Part shown: positions 59,492 to 64,000 of the stretch, in pieces
Layout: each line of letters opens with the position of its first letter
Position numbering within the stretch: the stretch's first letter is position 1
DNA from: Polyangiales bacterium
GTDB taxonomy: Bacteria > Myxococcota_A > Polyangia > Polyangiales > JADJQN01
Direction of reading: 5' to 3'
Length of the DNA: 64,000 nucleotides
Assembly (NCBI GenBank): GCA_964202905.1
Contig: CAXNJO010000016.1
Location: forward strand, 1 to 64,000
Position numbers and translations under genes: made by a program
The notes under the pieces: model-generated
Seen by the model: the letters and a program-made list of their open reading frames with translations, nothing else
What the model was told of the DNA's origin: nothing
Database searches by the model: none

Positions 59492-61129
59492 TCATTCGAA
59501 CCGGCACTCGCCGGGGCGGCCCCATGGTGTGCCGATGAGCGCGTGACCGAGGGCGCCATCCGCCAGCCGCGTGACGCCGCTTGTCGGCGCACGAGCAAAA
59601 CGCCCGGACGCGGACGATGCGGGGAGGGGCGGCGCCGCGAGAGAAGACGCGGGGCGAGACCATGCGGTGCGCCTCCACGAACGCGGGACGCGCTCCATAC
59701 GGGCGCGCGCTTCGCTGAGACACTCACCGGGGCCACACACCCGTCGCATCCGCGGATCGCCGGGGCGCGCCTTGGTCCACTGCACCGCAGTGACATTCGC
59801 GCACCCACGGAGGCCCGCGCAGCAACCTGCGCGAACTGACTCGCCCCCGGCCCCGGCGTGACGACCACACTGCTCGCCGCCACGGTACACGGCGTGTTCT
59901 CTAGCAGGGAAGCCCCCAGACGTCAACGCGATTCGATGCACGATTGTCTTTTGATTTTCAATACTTGCGCCTCGCGCAACGGGCCGCATCGGCGGGTCGG
60001 TGACAGCGGTGGACGAGGTCGCCGGACCTAGGTCGCCCGGGTCGAGCAACTCGCGGAGTTCCCCGGCGAAGAGCACGCGCAGACCGCGCGCGACCCGCGC
60101 GGCGTCGACCGCGGTCGTGAGACGGAGCGCCTCCCCGTTGGCATGCGCATCCCGCCCCGCGCTGACCTCGAGACGCCCGGCCGCGTTCTGAAGACCGAGC
60201 GTCGCGCCGAGCGCGCTCGCGCCGACGTGCTCGATCCAGACGCGGAAGTTCTCAGCCGCACCTGCGGGGAACCGGCCACGCAAGTCGATGGTGAGGTCGA
60301 GGAGGTCCGCGCCTCGCGGGGAGACGCCGAGCGCAAGCGCGCGCGTTCCGGCAAGCAAGTTGGCGATGCCGACCCCCTCGGGGAGTTCGAGCCCGCCGGG
60401 CGCGTGAGCCACGAGCGGCGCGGCCTCGTGGGCCGCGTGGAGCAGCCCCGCATCGCGTCCCGAGAAGGCGGAGGGGCAGCGGCGCGACGTCGACGCCACG
60501 CACGCAAGCAAGGTCGCGAGCGGCTGCACGAGGGGGCCATCCGTCACCACGAGCGTGTCCGGCGCGATCGCGACCAGTTCGCGTCGCGGCCCGGCGAAGA
60601 ACCCGGCGCGCCGGACGAACGGGGCGTCCGACCGCGACTCGACCACGGCCATGCGCTCGCCAGCCTCGCGCACGACGGACTCCACGTCGAGGGGGCCGCG
60701 CGCCATCCACAGGGCGCCACCTTCGCCATAGTCCGCGTAGACGGCCTCCGTGAGCACGCGCAGATCGACGCCCGTGCGCGCGGCGAAACGCTCGAACCCG
60801 TCCGGAAGCACAACCGACTCGAGGATGCGCGCAACGGCGGGCGAGGCCGCGAGCGCTGCGGGTCGGATCACGACGACGAAGCGCGCCCCGGCCGGAACGA
60901 GGGGCGCCAGCGCTCCGAGCGCGCGCGGCGCCGACGCGCCGTGCGGCGCCGCGGCTCGACTCGCAGGCGCCCCGCCACAGCCCAGCAGAGCGATGGCGCC
61001 GAGTAGCCCCACGGCCACGAGTAAACCGACGACGCCGCGCTGAACCACGGCGCCGCGCTGAACCACGGCGCCGCGCTGAACCACGACGCCGCGTCGAACG
61101 ACGACGCCGCGCGGAACGACGGCATCCAT
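59492..61129 (-). CDS. Hypothetical lipoprotein; both ends uncertain
   Basis: Hydrophobic stretch and lipobox LLGC, then a globular-looking region to ~60030; the frame stays open through the cdnL promoter to 59492. Confidence 0.6.
   Translation of the reverse strand: MDAVVPRGVVVRRGVVVQRGAVVQRGAVVQRGVVGLLVAVGLLGAIALLGCGGAPASRAAAPHGASAPRALGALAPLVPAGARFVVVIRPAALAASPAVARILESVVLPDGFERFAARTGVDLRVLTEAVYADYGEGGALWMARGPLDVESVVREAGERMAVVESRSDAPFVRRAGFFAGPRRELVAIAPDTLVVTDGPLVQPLATLLACVASTSRRCPSAFSGRDAGLLHAAHEAAPLVAHAPGGLELPEGVGIANLLAGTRALALGVSPRGADLLDLTIDLRGRFPAGAAENFRVWIEHVGASALGATLGLQNAAGRLEVSAGRDAHANGEALRLTTAVDAARVARGLRVLFAGELRELLDPGDLGPATSSTAVTDPPMRPVARGASIENQKTIVHRIALTSGGFPAREHAVYRGGEQCGRHAGAGGESVRAGCCAGLRGCANVTAVQWTKARPGDPRMRRVCGPGECLSEARARMERVPRSWRRTAWSRPASSLAAPPLPASSASGRFARAPTSGVTRLADGALGHALIGTPWGRPGECRFE
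59898..59926 (-). promoter_or_regulatory. Candidate sigma70 promoter for cdnL
   Basis: Minus strand TTGACG-N17-TAGAGA with an AT-rich tract upstream. Confidence 0.5.
61023..61126. repeat. 18-bp imperfect tandem repeat (about 5.5 units)
   Basis: TGAACCACGGCGCCGCGC at 61041 and 61059, variant at 61077, degenerate flanking units. Confidence 0.85.
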
Positions 61130-61157
61130 CGCGCCGTGTACGCCATGTCGACTCTTA

Positions 61158-61306
61158 GCGACACCGTAGGCAGCCGAATCGAGAGGGCCCAAGGCGACTC
61201 CGTGGGCCGCCGGAAGGCGATGTGCCACGGCCCCACCGTGGGCCGCCAGAACGCGGTGACCCACGGCGACACCGTGGGCCGCCAGAACGCGGTGGCCCAC
61301 GGCGAC
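61158..61306. repeat. 36-bp imperfect tandem repeat (4 units)
   Basis: GCGACACCGTGGGCCGCCAGAACGCGGTG.CCCACG-like units at 61158, 61194, 61230, 61266. Confidence 0.8.
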
Positions 61307-61373
61307 GCGTAGCGTAGCGCGCCTGCCTCTGCGGACGGCGCCGTGGGACGCGCGCACGATCATGCGCGCCGCG

Positions 61374-62459
<1,086 letters not shown>

Positions 62460-62524
62460 GGAATCTCCTGACGCGTTCGGGCGCGGCCGACTGACGGTCC
62501 GCGCGGAAAATCGAAGGTCGGGGC

Positions 62525-63799
62525 TCAGATCCCCTGCTGCCCGCGGGCGGCGCGCAGGACGAGGCGGAGCGCGACGTAGGCGGCGAGCATGCGGATGCGG
62601 TCCCGGTCACCCGGGAGACGGCGACGGTGCGTGAAGGTGACGGCGCCGTCCCGCGCGAGCGCGAAGCAGACGGTTCCGACGGGCTTCTCGGGGGAGCCGC
62701 CGCCCGGCCCCGCGATCCCCGTGACCGCGACGGCGAGCGAGGCGCCCACGACGCGCAGCGCGCCCTCGGCCATCTGCGCGGCGACCTCCTCGCTGACGGC
62801 GCCGTGCGCGCGCAGCGTGTCGGGCTGCACGCCGAGCACGGACTCCTTGGCGGCGTTCGCATAGGTGACCGCGTCGAGGAGGAGGTAGTCGCTCGCGCCC
62901 GGGACGGAGGTGAGCATCGACCCGATGAGCCCACCCGTGCAGGACTCCGCGACCGCAAGGGTGAGGCCCGCCTCGCGCAACGCGCGGCCGACGACGAGCG
63001 GATAGGTGTCGTCGCGGCCGCCGAAGACGACCTCGGCGAGGCGGGCCTCGACGCGCGCGGCGGCGCGGCGGGCCGTGTCCTCTGCGGCAGACGCCGTCGC
63101 GCCGCGGGCGTGCACCTTCACCTCGATCTCGGGGAAGTGCGCGCGGTAGCCGAGCGTCACGTCCGGTTCGTCCTGCTCGATGCCGGCGAGCGACTCACCC
63201 ACCTGCGACTCCGTCATGCCGAAGGTGCGGAGATGAATCTGGTGGGTGTCACGCGCGGCGAGCGCGGCGACGCGCGGCACGACGCGCTCGGCGAACATGC
63301 GCCGCATCTCGGTGGGGACGCCGGGCATGAAGAAGACACGCGCGGGCGCGGCCTCGGCCGGTGCGCCGGGCGCACGGAGCGAGAGCGCGAAGCCGGGCGC
63401 GGTGCCCTCCGCGTTGGGGAGGATCTCGGCGCCCTCGGGGAAGTCGGCCTGCTTCTCGTTCGATCGGGGCATGTCGCGCTGGAACTGCGCGAAGCGGCGG
63501 CGGATCGCGTCGAGGCTCGCCTCGTCGCGCACGAGACCGACGCCCGCGGCGCGCGCGGCAGCCTCGGTAGTGAGGTCGTCCGTTGTTGGCCCGAGACCGC
63601 CCGTGCAGACGATGACCTTCGCGACCGAAGCGAGACGGTGCAGCGCCTCGACGACGCGCCCGATGTGGTCGTCGACCGTCGCGTGCTCGAACACCGTGAA
63701 GCCGAGACCGGTCAGCTGCTCGGCGAGCCAGGCGGCGTTGGAATTGACGAGCTCACCGCGCGTGAGCTCGGTGCCGATCGAGAGGACGGCGGCAGTCAT
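62525..63799 (-). CDS. cinA: Competence/damage-inducible protein CinA (MocF + NMN deamidase)
   Basis: IGTEL..G...[43 protein letters not shown]. Confidence 0.95.
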   Translation of the reverse strand: MTAAVLSIGTELTRGELVNSNAAWLAEQLTGLGFTVFEHATVDDHIGRVVEALHRLASVAKVIVCTGGLGPTTDDLTTEAAARAAGVGLVRDEASLDAIRRRFAQFQRDMPRSNEKQADFPEGAEILPNAEGTAPGFALSLRAPGAPAEAAPARVFFMPGVPTEMRRMFAERVVPRVAALAARDTHQIHLRTFGMTESQVGESLAGIEQDEPDVTLGYRAHFPEIEVKVHARGATASAAEDTARRAAARVEARLAEVVFGGRDDTYPLVVGRALREAGLTLAVAESCTGGLIGSMLTSVPGASDYLLLDAVTYANAAKESVLGVQPDTLRAHGAVSEEVAAQMAEGALRVVGASLAVAVTGIAGPGGGSPEKPVGTVCFALARDGAVTFTHRRRLPGDRDRIRMLAAYVALRLVLRAARGQQGI

Positions 63800-63887
63800 C
63801 GGACCCCGGGGCTGGAGGCGGGCGTGCGGAGGAGGGTGAGCATATGTGCAGTGGTCGGGTCCGTCAACCGTGTGCTATCGGCTCGCC

Positions 63888-64000
63888 ATGCAAAAGAGGC
63901 TGATTCGGCAGGTCCTCACCGGCGCGCTCGCGCTCGGCACCCCGCTCACCGTGCCCGGCGCCACGGCCCACGCGCAGACGCCACCCGCGCCCGCCGCGGC
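63888..64000 (+). CDS. 5' fragment of a secreted protein (runs off the window)
   Basis: MQKRLIRQVLTGALALGTPLTVPGATAHAQ, signal peptide with AxA site. Confidence 0.55.
   Translation, partial: MQKRLIRQVLTGALALGTPLTVPGATAHAQTPPAPAA

Noticed and set aside
62460..62524. LexA/SOS box upstream of recA
   Set aside because: No convincing match seen; recA may be co-transcribed from cinA

Overview
Very GC-rich chromosomal window that looks like Myxococcota, probably Polyangiales/Sandaracinaceae-like. This is inferred from the eukaryote-like Ser/Thr kinases, the kinase + TPR/PEGA pair, CdnL and the FGE-sulfatase protein. Most of the window is housekeeping: purB-purC, proS, aguA-aguB, ilvE, prs-rplY-pth-rpsF-rpsR-rplI-dnaB, hisIE, cdnL and cinA-recA. 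It also carries a CusCBA-type metal efflux operon, a SNF2 helicase and an anthraniloyl/salicylyl-CoA monooxygenase. The first ~6 kb is a plastic accessory zone with a GNAT toxin-antitoxin pair, a 234-bp duplication of the nupC 3' end bracketing a frameshifted lipoprotein gene, REP-like inverted repeats and a decayed MNT-HEPN pair. The most notable signal is a compact four-gene cassette between hisIE and cdnL (55734-58663). It resembles a type III secretion tip/filament protein plus two translocators, with no chaperone or injectisome genes in the window. Other notable signals are a 10-bp-period direct-repeat array upstream of a BldC/excisionase-HTH + receiver regulator, a Cys-rich RAPP-like leader gene before cusCBA, a Met-rich insertion in CusA, an amplified operator-like array before ilvE-marR and an orphan flagellar-rod-domain gene. 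All family calls come from motif recognition by eye; no database search was run. No rRNA, tRNA, CRISPR array or transposase was found.
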